Source of the DNA: an uncultured Pseudomonadota bacterium
GTDB lineage: Bacteria; Pseudomonadota; Alphaproteobacteria; Rs-D84
NCBI GenBank assembly: GCA_902787305.1
Contig: CADAFS010000005.1
Location: 1-63,575, forward strand
DNA length: 63,575 nucleotides
Reading direction: 5' to 3'
In this document: positions 10,034 through 19,232 of the stretch, in pieces
How positions within the stretch are numbered: position 1 is the stretch's first letter
Layout: each line of letters starts with the position of its first letter
Made by a program: the position numbers and the translations under genes
Notes under the pieces: generated by a model
Databases searched by the model: none
What the model saw: only the letters and a program-made list of their open reading frames with translations
What the model was told of the DNA's origin: nothing

Positions 10034-10060
10034 AAAACAAAACGCCGGTTCATCCGGCGT

Positions 10061-10660
10061 TCAAAATATATCTGTATTTCGCAGATAATAGTAAAGCGTC
10101 GCCCGATTGACACGCAATTTTTTTGCAATTTGGGCTTTACTAAGTCCCATATCAATAAAAGTTATTATTTTTTCTTTGTTTCTGTCAAGTTTCAGATGTT
10201 TTGCTTGTATTCCAACCGGCCGCCCAAGTTTTTTACCCTTGGCCTTTAATCGCGCAAGGCTTTCGCGCACGCGTTCTTTTAATAATGACCGCGACAGTTC
10301 CGCCGACAACCCAAACGCAAACGCCAAAACCTTGGATTGTATATCCGCACCCAAACGAAAATTTTCTTTCAGTGTCCAAACCTGGCAATTTCGTTCAAGA
10401 CACATTTGTAAAATCCCCATAACCTCTAACAACGACCGCCCAAGACGCGAAATTTCTGTGGTGATTAAAATATCACCGTCTTTTAATTCTGTCAGCAACG
10501 CTCCCAATTTACGATCTTGCAATCTTTTCCCACTTGAAATTGTTTCTTCGACCCAAGAATCAATAACGATATTATTTCGTTTTGCAAAATTTTCGATGAC
10601 ATAGTGTTGATTTTCCCTGGTTTGATGGCTGGTTGAAACACGACAATACCCATAAATCAT
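10061..10660 (-). CDS. small serine recombinase (resolvase/invertase family, Hin/Gin-like)
   Basis: Begins MIYGYCRVSTSHQ (catalytic Ser context YxRVST.Q). Also has GD.L......RLGRS and a C-terminal HTH (LSKAQIAKKLRVNRATLYYYL). AAGGGAG RBS precedes the ATG at 10660. Confidence 0.85.
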   Translation of the reverse strand: MIYGYCRVSTSHQTRENQHYVIENFAKRNNIVIDSWVEETISSGKRLQDRKLGALLTELKDGDILITTEISRLGRSLLEVMGILQMCLERNCQVWTLKENFRLGADIQSKVLAFAFGLSAELSRSLLKERVRESLARLKAKGKKLGRPVGIQAKHLKLDRNKEKIITFIDMGLSKAQIAKKLRVNRATLYYYLRNTDIF

Positions 10661-10762
10661 GATAACTCCCTTTGGTGCTTTTGTTATAAAAAAAGGCACC
10701 TGAAAAAAATTTCAGCGCCCATGTTTCGCGGTTGAATATAGTAGATTTTTCCCTAATTTCAA

Positions 10763-10795
10763 GTGTTGAAAAAAACCTAGGTTTTTAGTCAACAC
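10763..10795. promoter_or_regulatory. hix-like palindromic recombination site (left)
   Basis: GTGTTGAAAAAAACCTAGGTTTTTAGTCAACAC is an imperfect palindrome. Its AAACC-TA-GGTTT core resembles the crossover sites of Hin/Gin-type invertases, as I recall them. Confidence 0.6.
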
Positions 10796-10871
10796 TTTTT
10801 TTCAAAAAATCAAAATTTTTATTTTGTGTAAAATCAATAACTTACAAATTTCCAAATTTTGGCCGAACAAG

Positions 10872-10900
10872 GTGTCAAAAAACCTAGGTTTTTTTAACAT
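10872..10900. promoter_or_regulatory. hix-like palindromic recombination site (right)
   Basis: GTGTCAAAAAACCTAGGTTTTTTTAACAT has the same core. The CCTAGG centres (10776-10781 and 10883-10888) are 107 bp apart. I saw CCTAGG nowhere else in the window. Confidence 0.6.
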
Positions 10901-10961
10901 AACATCGTGCCTTAAAAGGAATGGCCTTTTAAGAGTTTAACGTTAAACCAAGGAGAAAAAA

Positions 10962-12737
10962 ATGTTAAGACAATCAAAAACAACAATCAAAGAATTGTCT
11001 GCGCAATACCGCAGTGTATTGAAACGGGCATTCTTGGCGGGTGTTATTGCACTAACGACATCGGTCGCCACCGCAAATACAGATGTAACATTTGCGGGTG
11101 ATTATACAGATAATAGCGGAACAACACAAAATGTTGCAAACGGCGCACCGGGTGCCCAAAACTTTACATACGACGGGACAAATGCAAATGGAACCGCAAA
11201 TGAAGGTATAAGTTCAAACACCACGACCGGTGTTAGCCAGGCTAACTTTGCATATACCTTGGCCGATGGAACAACAGAAACACTTGAATCAGGCAATACA
11301 TATACCGCCGGTGATTATACCGCAAGTACAGTTGCAGGAACGACCGGATACGAAAATGTATCTGTTGCCGATGGATACGGCCTTAGTGCCGGGACGACGG
11401 TGGTTGATTCCGCATATAGTTATGAAAATCCGCAATACGATGAAAATATAGAAGGCAGTCAACAATATATAACATTGGACAGTAATGCCGGCGCACGCGC
11501 ATTGACCGCAGATTATGCAACAGATCCAGCATATACCAGTGGTTCAACAACCATTACCAATGCAACAACCGCCGAAGATTTAATCGGTCTGTATTCATAT
11601 CAAGCCGGGGAAGGGCACAGATATGTTCTGTCCGCAGACGGCACGGGTGTAAGAGATCTTGATAATGATGGTCAAGGTGTTGACCTTGATAACCCAGCCA
11701 TAGATCCGGATTTAAAAACGGCATTACAGGGAATGCTTGATGCGTATGCAAATGACAGTGGTGCAAACCTGACCGCGGCCACCAACGCATTAAATGGTAT
11801 GCAGGACGCGGAAAACGCAAACTATGCTGCAGCATTGGGTGCATATAATGCAGATACCGCAGCCCAAGAAACATTGGCAACAAATTTTGCCACATATACC
11901 ACGGCAACCAACGCATACGAAACAGCAACCAACGCGGATAGTAATTATCAACAAGCGTTGGACAACTTTAATGCAAACACTGCAATGTTCGATGCGGCAT
12001 CCGATGTTTATAACGCACCAATCGAATCAACAATCGATGATCGCGCACAAACGGTCGCCGAAGCCGTTGTTGCCGACGAAGCATCCGCACGTGAATCGGC
12101 AGATGCCGATTTGCAAGACGCGATCGATAACGAAGCATCCACACGTGCCGACGAAGATGCGGCCATCCGTTCTGAATTCGCAGATGCCGATGATGCGGTT
12201 CGCGGTGAATTCGCGGCGGCCGATGCCGATTTGCAAGACGCGATCGATAACGAAGCATCCGCGCGCGCCGACGAAGACACGGCTATCCGTTCTGAATTTG
12301 CAGATGCCGATGATGCGGTTCGCAGTGAATTCGCGGCGGCGGATGCCGATTTGCGAGACGCGATCGATAACGAAGTTGCACGTGCAACCGCCCAAGAACA
12401 GGCAATTCGTAACGACTTTGCGGCGGGCGACGCGGCAACATTGGCACGGGCAAACGCCTATACCGACCAAAGGGTAGATACGCTTGAAAAGAACGTGTCC
12501 GGGGGTGTTGCGGCGGCAACCGCATTGTCATCGGTTGCGGTGTCCAACGTAAAACGTGGCGAAGTTTCTGTCGGTGCCGGATACGGTTATTACAATGACC
12601 AATCCGCCGTTGCGTTTGGTGCCGCGATGGGGCTTACCGATCGTTGGTCTGTTAACGCGGGTGCCGGTTTGGCAACGGGTGACAAAACCCAGATGTCTTT
12701 CCGTGCCGGAACAAATTACAAGTTTAAATTGTTCTAA
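10962..12737 (+). CDS. trimeric autotransporter adhesin (YadA-like C-terminal anchor)
   Basis: Extended autotransporter-type signal peptide (MLRQSKTTIKELSAQYRSVLKRAFLAGVIALTTSVATA). Thr/Gly/Asn-rich passenger with 40-aa tandem repeats. C-terminus VAAATALSS...VSVGAGYGYY..QSAVAFGA....RWSVNAGAG........FRAGTNYKF matches a YadA-type anchor. Confidence 0.8.
   Translation: MLRQSKTTIKELSAQYRSVLKRAFLAGVIALTTSVATANTDVTFAGDYTDNSGTTQNVANGAPGAQNFTYDGTNANGTANEGISSNTTTGVSQANFAYTLADGTTETLESGNTYTAGDYTASTVAGTTGYENVSVADGYGLSAGTTVVDSAYSYENPQYDENIEGSQQYITLDSNAGARALTADYATDPAYTSGSTTITNATTAEDLIGLYSYQAGEGHRYVLSADGTGVRDLDNDGQGVDLDNPAIDPDLKTALQGMLDAYANDSGANLTAATNALNGMQDAENANYAAALGAYNADTAAQETLATNFATYTTATNAYETATNADSNYQQALDNFNANTAMFDAASDVYNAPIESTIDDRAQTVAEAVVADEASARESADADLQDAIDNEASTRADEDAAIRSEFADADDAVRGEFAAADADLQDAIDNEASARADEDTAIRSEFADADDAVRSEFAAADADLRDAIDNEVARATAQEQAIRNDFAAGDAATLARANAYTDQRVDTLEKNVSGGVAAATALSSVAVSNVKRGEVSVGAGYGYYNDQSAVAFGAAMGLTDRWSVNAGAGLATGDKTQMSFRAGTNYKFKLF
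12099..12378 (+). repeat. 120-bp tandem repeat (about 2.3 copies) inside the adhesin gene
   Basis: gatgccgatttgcaagacgcgatcgataacgaagcatcc recurs at 12102, 12222 and 12342 with an exact 120-bp period. Each unit encodes ADADLQDAIDNEAS.RADED.AIRSEFADADDAVR.EFAA. Confidence 0.9.
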
Positions 12738-12760
12738 TAAAAATCGGTCAAAGCAAACCC

Positions 12761-12791
12761 AAAATCCCCGCAACAACGCGGGGATTTTTAT
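12761..12791 (+). terminator. rho-independent terminator after the adhesin gene
   Basis: atccccgc-aacaac-gcggggat hairpin followed by a T-run. Confidence 0.75.
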
Positions 12792-12979
12792 ATAATTTGT
12801 TATCTAAGATTTTTGCCCGTCTCCATTTGCATTACAAACCTGGCCGCGGCACTGTCCGCCTACGCTGGTGCTTAATTTTGGTTAATGAATTATGCGTCTT
12901 TGATGAATTATTTTCGATATACGTGCGCGCTACGGCGAGACACTCAAATTTCTTAATTCGCAAAACGAATAACGAAATT

Positions 12980-13056
12980 TGGTGGATGAGACTGGACTCG
13001 AACCAGCGACCCCCACGATGTGAACGTGATGCTCTAACCAACTGAGCTACTCATCC
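12980..13056 (-). tRNA. tRNA-Val (anticodon CAC)
   Basis: Hand-folded cloverleaf: acceptor GGATGAG/CTCATCC, anticodon loop TTCACAT, T-loop GGTTCGAGTCC, encoded CCA. Confidence 0.9.
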
Positions 13057-13130
13057 AAAACTTTTTTCAGTTCCCCTCCTGTGGAGGGGTGGCGCCGAAC
13101 AGCGACGGGGTGGTCTTGTTGCCCGTCTTC
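13057..13130. repeat. tRNA-spacer repeat with CCCCTCC-TGT-GGAGGGG hairpin (copy 1)
   Basis: cttttt(t)(c)agttcccctcctgtggaggggtggc...ggtggtcttg/cctgcccgtct recurs at 13452-13520. Confidence 0.8.
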
Positions 13131-13234
13131 GTTTGCGCTGCAAACTCCGCCGTGGCATCCGTCTCCACTTCGTTACGCCGAGACTTCGCTGAATTTTTTT
13201 AATCGTGCGCACCGCGCGCGATAACAAAAATTCG

Positions 13235-13321
13235 TGGTGGGGATAGTGGGACTTGAACCCACACGGTCGCAATGACCAAAGGATTTTAAGTCCTCAGCGT
13301 CTACCATTCCGCCATATCCCC
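13235..13321 (-). tRNA. tRNA-Leu (anticodon TAA)
   Basis: Acceptor GGGGATA/TATCCCC, anticodon loop CTTAAAA, long variable arm, T-loop GGTTCAAGTCC, encoded CCA. Confidence 0.9.
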
Positions 13322-13375
13322 GGACCCTTTATTTTAATCATGCGGCGTTTTGCGCCGCGCGATAATAAAAATTTG

Positions 13376-13451
13376 TGGTGGAGCTGATGGGACTCAAACC
13401 CACGACCTCTACGATGCGAACGTAGCGCTCTATCAACTGAGCTACAACCCC
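13376..13451 (-). tRNA. tRNA-Ala (anticodon CGC)
   Basis: Acceptor GGGGTTG/CAGCTCC with the G3:U70 Ala identity pair, anticodon loop TTCGCAT, encoded CCA. Confidence 0.9.
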
Positions 13452-13520
13452 AAAACTTTTTAGTTCCCCTCCTGTGGAGGGGTGGCCGAAGGCCAGGGTG
13501 GTCTTCCTGCCCGTCTACGT
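13452..13520. repeat. tRNA-spacer repeat with CCCCTCC-TGT-GGAGGGG hairpin (copy 2)
   Basis: Same sequence family as 13057-13130. In addition, the about 40-bp tRNA 3' flank cactcaaatttcttaattc.caaa.cgaataacgaaattt occurs at both 12941-12979 and 13546-13585. Confidence 0.8.
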
Positions 13521-13585
13521 GCGCGTTGCGCACTCCGCCGCGGCACTCAAATTTCTTAATTCACAAAGCGAATAACGAAATTTGG

Positions 13586-13670
13586 TGGTGGGCATAAGAA
13601 GACTCGAACTTCCAAGGGTCGCCCCACTAGTACCTGAAACTAGCGCGTCTACCAGTTCCGCCATATGCCC
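13586..13670 (-). tRNA. tRNA-Leu (anticodon CAG)
   Basis: Acceptor GGGCATA/TATGCCC, anticodon loop TTCAGGT, long variable arm, encoded CCA. Confidence 0.9.
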
Positions 13671-13725
13671 AATGCGCCCCCATGATACACCACTTTTACG
13701 CACATTGCAACAAGAAAATGAAAAA

Positions 13726-13755
13726 GTGTTAGTGCAAGTGAGTAGTGGTTAGTAA
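13726..13755 (+). repeat. TAGTG-type array
   Basis: gtgttagtgcaagtgagtagtggttagtaa. Upstream of the minus-strand tRNA cluster. Confidence 0.75.
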
Positions 13756-13806
13756 ATGTGCATAAAGTCAAGTATAAAAAATACTTATTTTTGTAAAACA
13801 CATTTA
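13745..13806 (-). repeat. about 60-bp repeat, copy 2, flanked by a 19-bp inverted repeat
   Basis: gtagtggttagtaaatgtg (13743-13761) and cacatttactaaccactac (13799-13817) are perfect complements around the core. Confidence 0.8.
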
Positions 13807-13813
13807 CTAACCA

Positions 13814-14572
13814 CTACATCACCGTTCCCTGGGCTGGGTAAAAAGTAAGCTGAATTTCACGCCACATTTTGTATTCTTCGCGCGGCAACATGTCCAGGGG
13901 TTGACACGCGTTTATTGCATTACGTATTGTATCCAACACATACGCAAACGCCGGGTCGCGTTCCGCCGCCGATGCCCCTTCGAACCACACATTTGCAACC
14001 GTCCCGTTTGTCCGCATCGTTAAATGTGCCACCGCACGAATCCCCGAAATATCGGGCCGCGACGTATCAATCACCCAACAGCGCGTCATTTTATACCGCA
14101 ACGCGTCAATAATCGAAATGGCAAGCCCCGTATGCAGCGATGTCGTATTCCGATTCACACGAATAACCGTCTTTTTCACGGTCGCCGGTTTATCGTCGGG
14201 CTTTTCATCTTTTGGTTTATTTTCCCGTTTCTCTTCGGGTTTTTCTTCGGGAATCACGGTCGGTGTTTCGATTTTTTGTTCGGTTTTCAGCGCGGCATCT
14301 TGTTCCGGTGTTGGCTTTATTTCCGGCTCTTTTACCGGTTCTTTTTCTTCATTTTTGTCCGGCACCGTTGTATTATATAAAACAGATTCTTCGCCGGTAA
14401 TTTTCACCTGGGACAAATCAATCATCATAATCTGAACCCGGTCGGGCGCAACAAAACGTTCGCGTTCGCCAATCACCACACCCGCAATAAAAACCAACAC
14501 GCACACCGCCCCCAAATGCCCCAAAACCGAAAGGCCGATATTTTCAGATGTAAAATGATTGAACCGCACCAT
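13814..14572 (-). CDS. tolA: TolA-like protein
   Basis: N-terminal TM, Pro/Glu/Lys-rich linker (EKEPVKEPEIKPTPE...KPEEKRENKPKDEKPDDKP) and a C-terminal globular domain. Sits directly downstream of tolQ-tolR. Confidence 0.7.
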   Translation of the reverse strand: MVRFNHFTSENIGLSVLGHLGAVCVLVFIAGVVIGERERFVAPDRVQIMMIDLSQVKITGEESVLYNTTVPDKNEEKEPVKEPEIKPTPEQDAALKTEQKIETPTVIPEEKPEEKRENKPKDEKPDDKPATVKKTVIRVNRNTTSLHTGLAISIIDALRYKMTRCWVIDTSRPDISGIRAVAHLTMRTNGTVANVWFEGASAAERDPAFAYVLDTIRNAINACQPLDMLPREEYKMWREIQLTFYPAQGTVM

Positions 14573-14575
14573 ATT

Positions 14576-14977
14576 TTAATTTTCCAATTTTGTCCTAAGG
14601 CCAATTTTTTGGAACCCCGCGGTCTTTAATTTTCCCATAACATTCATAACCGCGCCATAGTCCGCATGCCTATCGCCATTTATCACGATGGTCAGGTTTG
14701 GATTTTCCCCACGCATCGCAACCGCACGCGTCACAACTTCGTCCGCCGGCAATTCCACCGTTCCCAAATAATATCGCCCGGCCGAATCGACACTAACCTG
14801 CATCGCGTGGTCGGTACCGGTTAAAACCGTCGTTCCGGCGTTTGGCAAATCCAAATCAATTCCGTTTGTCATCATCGGCGTCGTCACCATAAACACGGCA
14901 AGTAACACCGTCATAACGTCAATCATCGGCGTCAATGTTATTGTTGCATCCGAAATCCACCGTCTTTTACGCACCAT
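14576..14977 (-). CDS. tolR: TolR/ExbD-family protein
   Basis: ITLTPMIDVMTVLLAVFMV TM with the conserved Asp. The ATG at 14977 (MVRKRRW) is preferred over the longer track ORF. Overlaps the tolQ stop by 11 nt. Confidence 0.8.
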   Translation of the reverse strand: MVRKRRWISDATITLTPMIDVMTVLLAVFMVTTPMMTNGIDLDLPNAGTTVLTGTDHAMQVSVDSAGRYYLGTVELPADEVVTRAVAMRGENPNLTIVINGDRHADYGAVMNVMGKLKTAGFQKIGLRTKLEN

Positions 14978-15419
14978 GTTTGTTTTCCCCCAAAGAATCA
15001 TATAAATCATCGGCACGTTTGGAAAAAATCTGGTGTGCGATTGCCGCCGGTATCGCCACAATCAACCCCAACGCCGTCGTTCCAAGTGCGATTGCAAGTC
15101 CCGGTGCAATAACACCAATACTTACCGATTGATTTGCACCAATTGATGAAAACGAATCCATAACACCCCAAACAGTTCCAAAAAGACCGATAAACGGCGA
15201 AATATACGCAACCATCGCCAAAAACCAGAGGTTTTTATCAAACGGCCGAATCGCCACATCTGGATTTCCCGTTGGCCTTTGCCGCCGCGCGTGCCGGAAA
15301 AGTCGGATTTTTTCCACAATCACCGCCCAAGACAAAACACTAAACACAACCAACACAACCGACGCAATCGCCGTCACAACATCGGTCGTAAACAGTTTCC
15401 ATAACGAAAATGTATTCAT
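14967..15419 (-). CDS. tolQ: TolQ/ExbB/MotA-family proton channel (compact, 150 aa)
   Basis: GLFGTVWGVM and GLAIALGTTALGLIVAIPA motifs. Shorter than the roughly 230 aa I expect for TolQ. Confidence 0.75.
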   Translation of the reverse strand: MNTFSLWKLFTTDVVTAIASVVLVVFSVLSWAVIVEKIRLFRHARRQRPTGNPDVAIRPFDKNLWFLAMVAYISPFIGLFGTVWGVMDSFSSIGANQSVSIGVIAPGLAIALGTTALGLIVAIPAAIAHQIFSKRADDLYDSLGENKHGA

Positions 15420-15434
15420 ATTACTTCCTTTTTA

Positions 15435-15815
15435 TTACTTTTTTAACGCATTTGCCAATACATCTGGCAAACAGGCCGGACGACCATTCGCATCCAAATA
15501 CGCCGCCGTCCCGATAAGTATAGCACAAATTTCATCATTTTTCACGAATTTTTGTTCGACCGAAATCGATGCCGCGCCAACCTTTAACACACGCGTTTCA
15601 ACCACGAATTCTTCACACAAAAACAGCGGCCGCAAATACCGAATTTGCAAATCACGAATAACCAATCCGACATCCGCCGGATTGGGCCGCGCTTTGCGGC
15701 CCAGCCAATTCATACGCGCGCGTTCCGCGACTTCAATATATCGCCCATGATACATAATGCCGCCCGCATCAGTATCTGCATACGCCACCGAAAAATTAAA
15801 TTTATGCACGTCCAT
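15435..15815 (-). CDS. ybgC: tol-pal-associated acyl-CoA thioesterase (4HBT family)
   Basis: V.Y.DTD.GG.MYHGRY hot-dog thioesterase motif. Position upstream of tolQ. Confidence 0.75.
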   Translation of the reverse strand: MDVHKFNFSVAYADTDAGGIMYHGRYIEVAERARMNWLGRKARPNPADVGLVIRDLQIRYLRPLFLCEEFVVETRVLKVGAASISVEQKFVKNDEICAILIGTAAYLDANGRPACLPDVLANALKK

Positions 15816-16810
15816 TACTTTTCCAACCCCATATGTTTATAGCCCGCGTCCGTCACAATTCGTCCGCGCGGTGTCCGCTGAATCAAACCCAACTGCATCA
15901 GATACGGTTCAATCACATCTTCAATTGTGTCCGCCGGTTCCGAAAGCGCCGCCGCCAAATTATCAATTCCAACCGGCCCACCCGCATAATGCATTATAAT
16001 CGCATTGATATATTCACGGTCAACCTGGTCCAGGCCATCAGAATCTATATGTAATTGTTCCAATGTTGTCCGCACCACGTTTTCCGTAATTATACTGTTT
16101 CCCGTTGCCGCGGCAAAATCACGCGCACGCTTTAACAAACGGTTCGCAATACGCGGCGTTCCGCGCGAACTCTTGGCCAATAACAGTGCCCCACCTTCAT
16201 CAATTTCGGTCCCCAATATCCCAGAACTGCGCCGAATAATTTTTGCCAAATCGGCGGGTGAATAAAAACTTAGCCGTAAATCAATCCCAAACCGGTCGCG
16301 CAACGGGTTAGACAAAAGTCCCGTCCGCGTCGTTGCCCCAACCAATGTAAACGGGGGCAGGTCGATACGCACACTTTTCGCCGACGGCCCTTCGCCAAGC
16401 ATGATATCCAACTTGAAATCTTCCATCGCGGAATACAAAACTTCCTCTATCGCCGTGGGCAAGCGGTGAATTTCATCGATAAACAGAACATCCATCGGTT
16501 CCAGTGCGGTAAGTATCGCCGCCAAATCCCCCTGCTTGGTCAGCATCGGCGCCGATGTCGCACGAAAATTCGCACCCAATTCATTTGCGACAATGTGGGC
16601 AAGGGTGGTCTTCCCAAGTCCCGGTGGCCCATAAAGCAAAACATGGTCCATCGGTTCGCCGCGCGCCCGAGCCCCGGATATAAAAACCGACAAATTTTGT
16701 TTTAACGATTCATGCCCAATAAAATCAGACAATGTCTTTGGCCGAATCGACCCGGCAATTTCATCCGGCACATTTGGATTCATAAAACGGTCATTTATCG
16801 CACTTTCCAT
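15815..16810 (-). CDS. ruvB: Holliday junction branch migration helicase RuvB
   Basis: LRPKTL.DFIGHE, Walker [23 protein letters not shown] and a typical RuvB C-terminus. Confidence 0.95.
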   Translation of the reverse strand: MESAINDRFMNPNVPDEIAGSIRPKTLSDFIGHESLKQNLSVFISGARARGEPMDHVLLYGPPGLGKTTLAHIVANELGANFRATSAPMLTKQGDLAAILTALEPMDVLFIDEIHRLPTAIEEVLYSAMEDFKLDIMLGEGPSAKSVRIDLPPFTLVGATTRTGLLSNPLRDRFGIDLRLSFYSPADLAKIIRRSSGILGTEIDEGGALLLAKSSRGTPRIANRLLKRARDFAAATGNSIITENVVRTTLEQLHIDSDGLDQVDREYINAIIMHYAGGPVGIDNLAAALSEPADTIEDVIEPYLMQLGLIQRTPRGRIVTDAGYKHMGLEK

Positions 16811-16822
16811 CGCATCCGCCCA

Positions 16823-17482
16823 TTATAACAATTTAGTGTCCGCATTTTCACGTCCAACATACGCTTTTAGGTCATTATACATCTGGCGCAAATCGGCGGG
16901 CGCGGCATAGTTTTGATTTGCATTTTTAATACGAATTGTTTCCAAACTTATCTGGGCCTGCTTTTTTAATACCTGGGTCAAGTGTTCGGAAAAATGTTTT
17001 GCTTCATCCGATTCTTCGGCACCCTGAAGCAACAGGCCGCGATTCGGCCGTGGCGACAAAAACGCAAAGTCAGACATCGCCGTATCGGGCGACACCAATA
17101 CAAACCCCGAAATTTCAGGCCGCCGCATCAGCATTTGCAAAACATACCACGCACCCAATTGATGCCCGGCAATCCAAATCTTGTCACTATCTTCGTTATG
17201 ATTTTGAATCCAATCAATAACCGTCGCAATATCCAGCATATTATCCGCCGTTGTCCCAAGTGCACCTTCGGAATCACCAACGCCACGATAGTCAAACCGC
17301 ACAACCGAAAACCCGATATCCATAAACGCCCGAAACATCGCATAAGAAATCCGGTCATTCATATGACACTTTTGCCGCGGATTGCCCGACAACACAACGG
17401 CAAGTGGCGCATCATCATCGGCCGCCTTGTGATAAACCGCGTGCAATTTTCCCATTTCCCCAGATATTATAATATCAACCAT
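16823..17482 (-). CDS. alpha/beta hydrolase
   Basis: 220 aa from the ATG at 17482 (AAGGTGG RBS). Nucleophile-elbow-like IAGHQLGAW. The longer track ORF lacks an RBS. Confidence 0.7.
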   Translation of the reverse strand: MVDIIISGEMGKLHAVYHKAADDDAPLAVVLSGNPRQKCHMNDRISYAMFRAFMDIGFSVVRFDYRGVGDSEGALGTTADNMLDIATVIDWIQNHNEDSDKIWIAGHQLGAWYVLQMLMRRPEISGFVLVSPDTAMSDFAFLSPRPNRGLLLQGAEESDEAKHFSEHLTQVLKKQAQISLETIRIKNANQNYAAPADLRQMYNDLKAYVGRENADTKLL

Positions 17483-17606
17483 AATCCACCTTCTTTTATT
17501 TATTACGCCACATTTATAGAACAAACGATTATGAATTTTCAATAAAAATTTTTGCTTTGACACAAATATAAATAATGTTTTAGAATACACACAAAGGAAG
17601 GTCAAA

Positions 17607-18518
17607 ATGAATACATCAAAGTTCAATCTGGTGGCGGTTTTTGGTATGCTTGCGGCATCTGCGGCATTTGGCACCACGGAATACATTCAGGAAAATTTTC
17701 AAACGGTCTATACCGAAACGCCGGTTCAATCATATTATGCATATCCCGACGATCCGAATTTTATCCCTGAATTTGAATTCATGGACGAAGATTATGGTTT
17801 CGATTATGACGAAAACATCTTTGCCGCGCGCGAGTTAGAAGAGGCCGCCAACCCCGGCGTTATGTTTGCGACCCGTCCAATGGTTATATGCCGTAATTTT
17901 GGTTGCACACGCCTTAATGATAAAATCACCCGCACATTTTTGTTTAATAGTTTGGTAAACATGTTCATGATGAACGCCCATTCACGCGTATATATATGCG
18001 AGGCCGACCCATTTTCCCGTGATTGTTTGCAATCGGGACTTTCTTTCCCCGTCCGGGCCGGGATTGCAAACGCACTTGTTAAAATTCCAAAGGCCACCAT
18101 ATCCCAGGTAAATGTTTCAACCGGTCTTTCGCGTGGCACAATCAATATGACCTATGAATTATTGGTAAATGGGGTAAGTCGTGTGTGCGAACCAACCATT
18201 GTTGACCTGGTTATTCCAAACAATTCATCGGCAATACTGTCAAACCGTGAATTCACATGCAATTTAACCAGTGATGGGTTTAGCAATGTATCATTACTAA
18301 TAAACCTTGACTATATCGATTTGGATTATGGCATATTGGGTGGCTATTATTCTTTGGGTACCCAGGGCCGAATTTCTGGTGGTGCGACCGGATACGCATT
18401 GTTCAAGACCGAATTCACAACTGGCGGCATGCAATTCCGCGCCATGTATGACGAAAATAATAACTTTATCCAAACGATTCAGCCGGGCGAATACGCGGTC
18501 GAACCATTACGGAAATAG
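17607..18518 (+). CDS. secreted hypothetical protein
   Basis: AAAGGAAGG RBS and signal peptide LVAVFGMLAASAAFG. No family recognised. Confidence 0.55.
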   Translation: MNTSKFNLVAVFGMLAASAAFGTTEYIQENFQTVYTETPVQSYYAYPDDPNFIPEFEFMDEDYGFDYDENIFAARELEEAANPGVMFATRPMVICRNFGCTRLNDKITRTFLFNSLVNMFMMNAHSRVYICEADPFSRDCLQSGLSFPVRAGIANALVKIPKATISQVNVSTGLSRGTINMTYELLVNGVSRVCEPTIVDLVIPNNSSAILSNREFTCNLTSDGFSNVSLLINLDYIDLDYGILGGYYSLGTQGRISGGATGYALFKTEFTTGGMQFRAMYDENNNFIQTIQPGEYAVEPLRK

Positions 18519-18587
18519 TTAAAATACTTGAAACCCACGACCAAAACCGCTATGATAAAAGAAAGAAAACATCATGGCGGTTTTTTG

Positions 18588-19229
18588 ATGAATAAAACAT
18601 TATTGATTATTGATGACGACGACACATTGCGCCAAACATTGGCGCGGGGGTTGCGTTCCGCCAATTTTTATGTTTTAACCGCCCCAAATGCCGAAATAGC
18701 GAAACAAATCTTGGAACGAATATCCGTTGATGCAATCGTTCTTGACCGCATGATGCCGGATATGGACGGTTTGACGTTCCTTAAAAAACTGCGTACGGGG
18801 GGAAACAATACCCCGACAATAATGCTGACCGCGATGGGTGGGGCGGAAAATGCGATTGACGGTCTGCGGGGTGGGGCGAACGATTATCTGGATAAACCAT
18901 TTCAATTACAGGAACTAATTCTGCGCATTGAAAACATGACGCGTTTTACACCCGAACCCGAACCAACCCGGGTTGACGGCATATTGTTCACCGACAACGA
19001 ATTTTTCGTGGCGGACAAATCCGGCACGCCGCGCATATTACAATTATCGGCCGAAGAAAAAAAATTACTGCGCGGACTAACGACACCAATCGGCAATATC
19101 GTGCCGGCATCACCCATGGTCGCAAAACGCTTGCGCGAAAAAATAAATAATGTATCATTGGACATGGACATCATAACCATACGGGGTCGTGGTTATAAAC
19201 TGGTCTGTCCAACCAAAAACAAAGGATAG
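18588..19229 (+). CDS. OmpR-family response regulator
   Basis: Receiver domain (LLIIDDDD, DAIVLDRMMPDMDG, TAMG) plus a winged-helix end (IRGRGYKL). Start is uncertain: 18552 is an alternative. Confidence 0.85.
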   Translation: MNKTLLIIDDDDTLRQTLARGLRSANFYVLTAPNAEIAKQILERISVDAIVLDRMMPDMDGLTFLKKLRTGGNNTPTIMLTAMGGAENAIDGLRGGANDYLDKPFQLQELILRIENMTRFTPEPEPTRVDGILFTDNEFFVADKSGTPRILQLSAEEKKLLRGLTTPIGNIVPASPMVAKRLREKINNVSLDMDIITIRGRGYKLVCPTKNKG

Positions 19230-19232
19230 AAA

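Noticed and set aside
12797-13703. Track ORFs of 62-82 aa in this interval.
   Set aside because: They overlap tRNA genes and spacer repeats, and are artefacts of GC-rich structured DNA.
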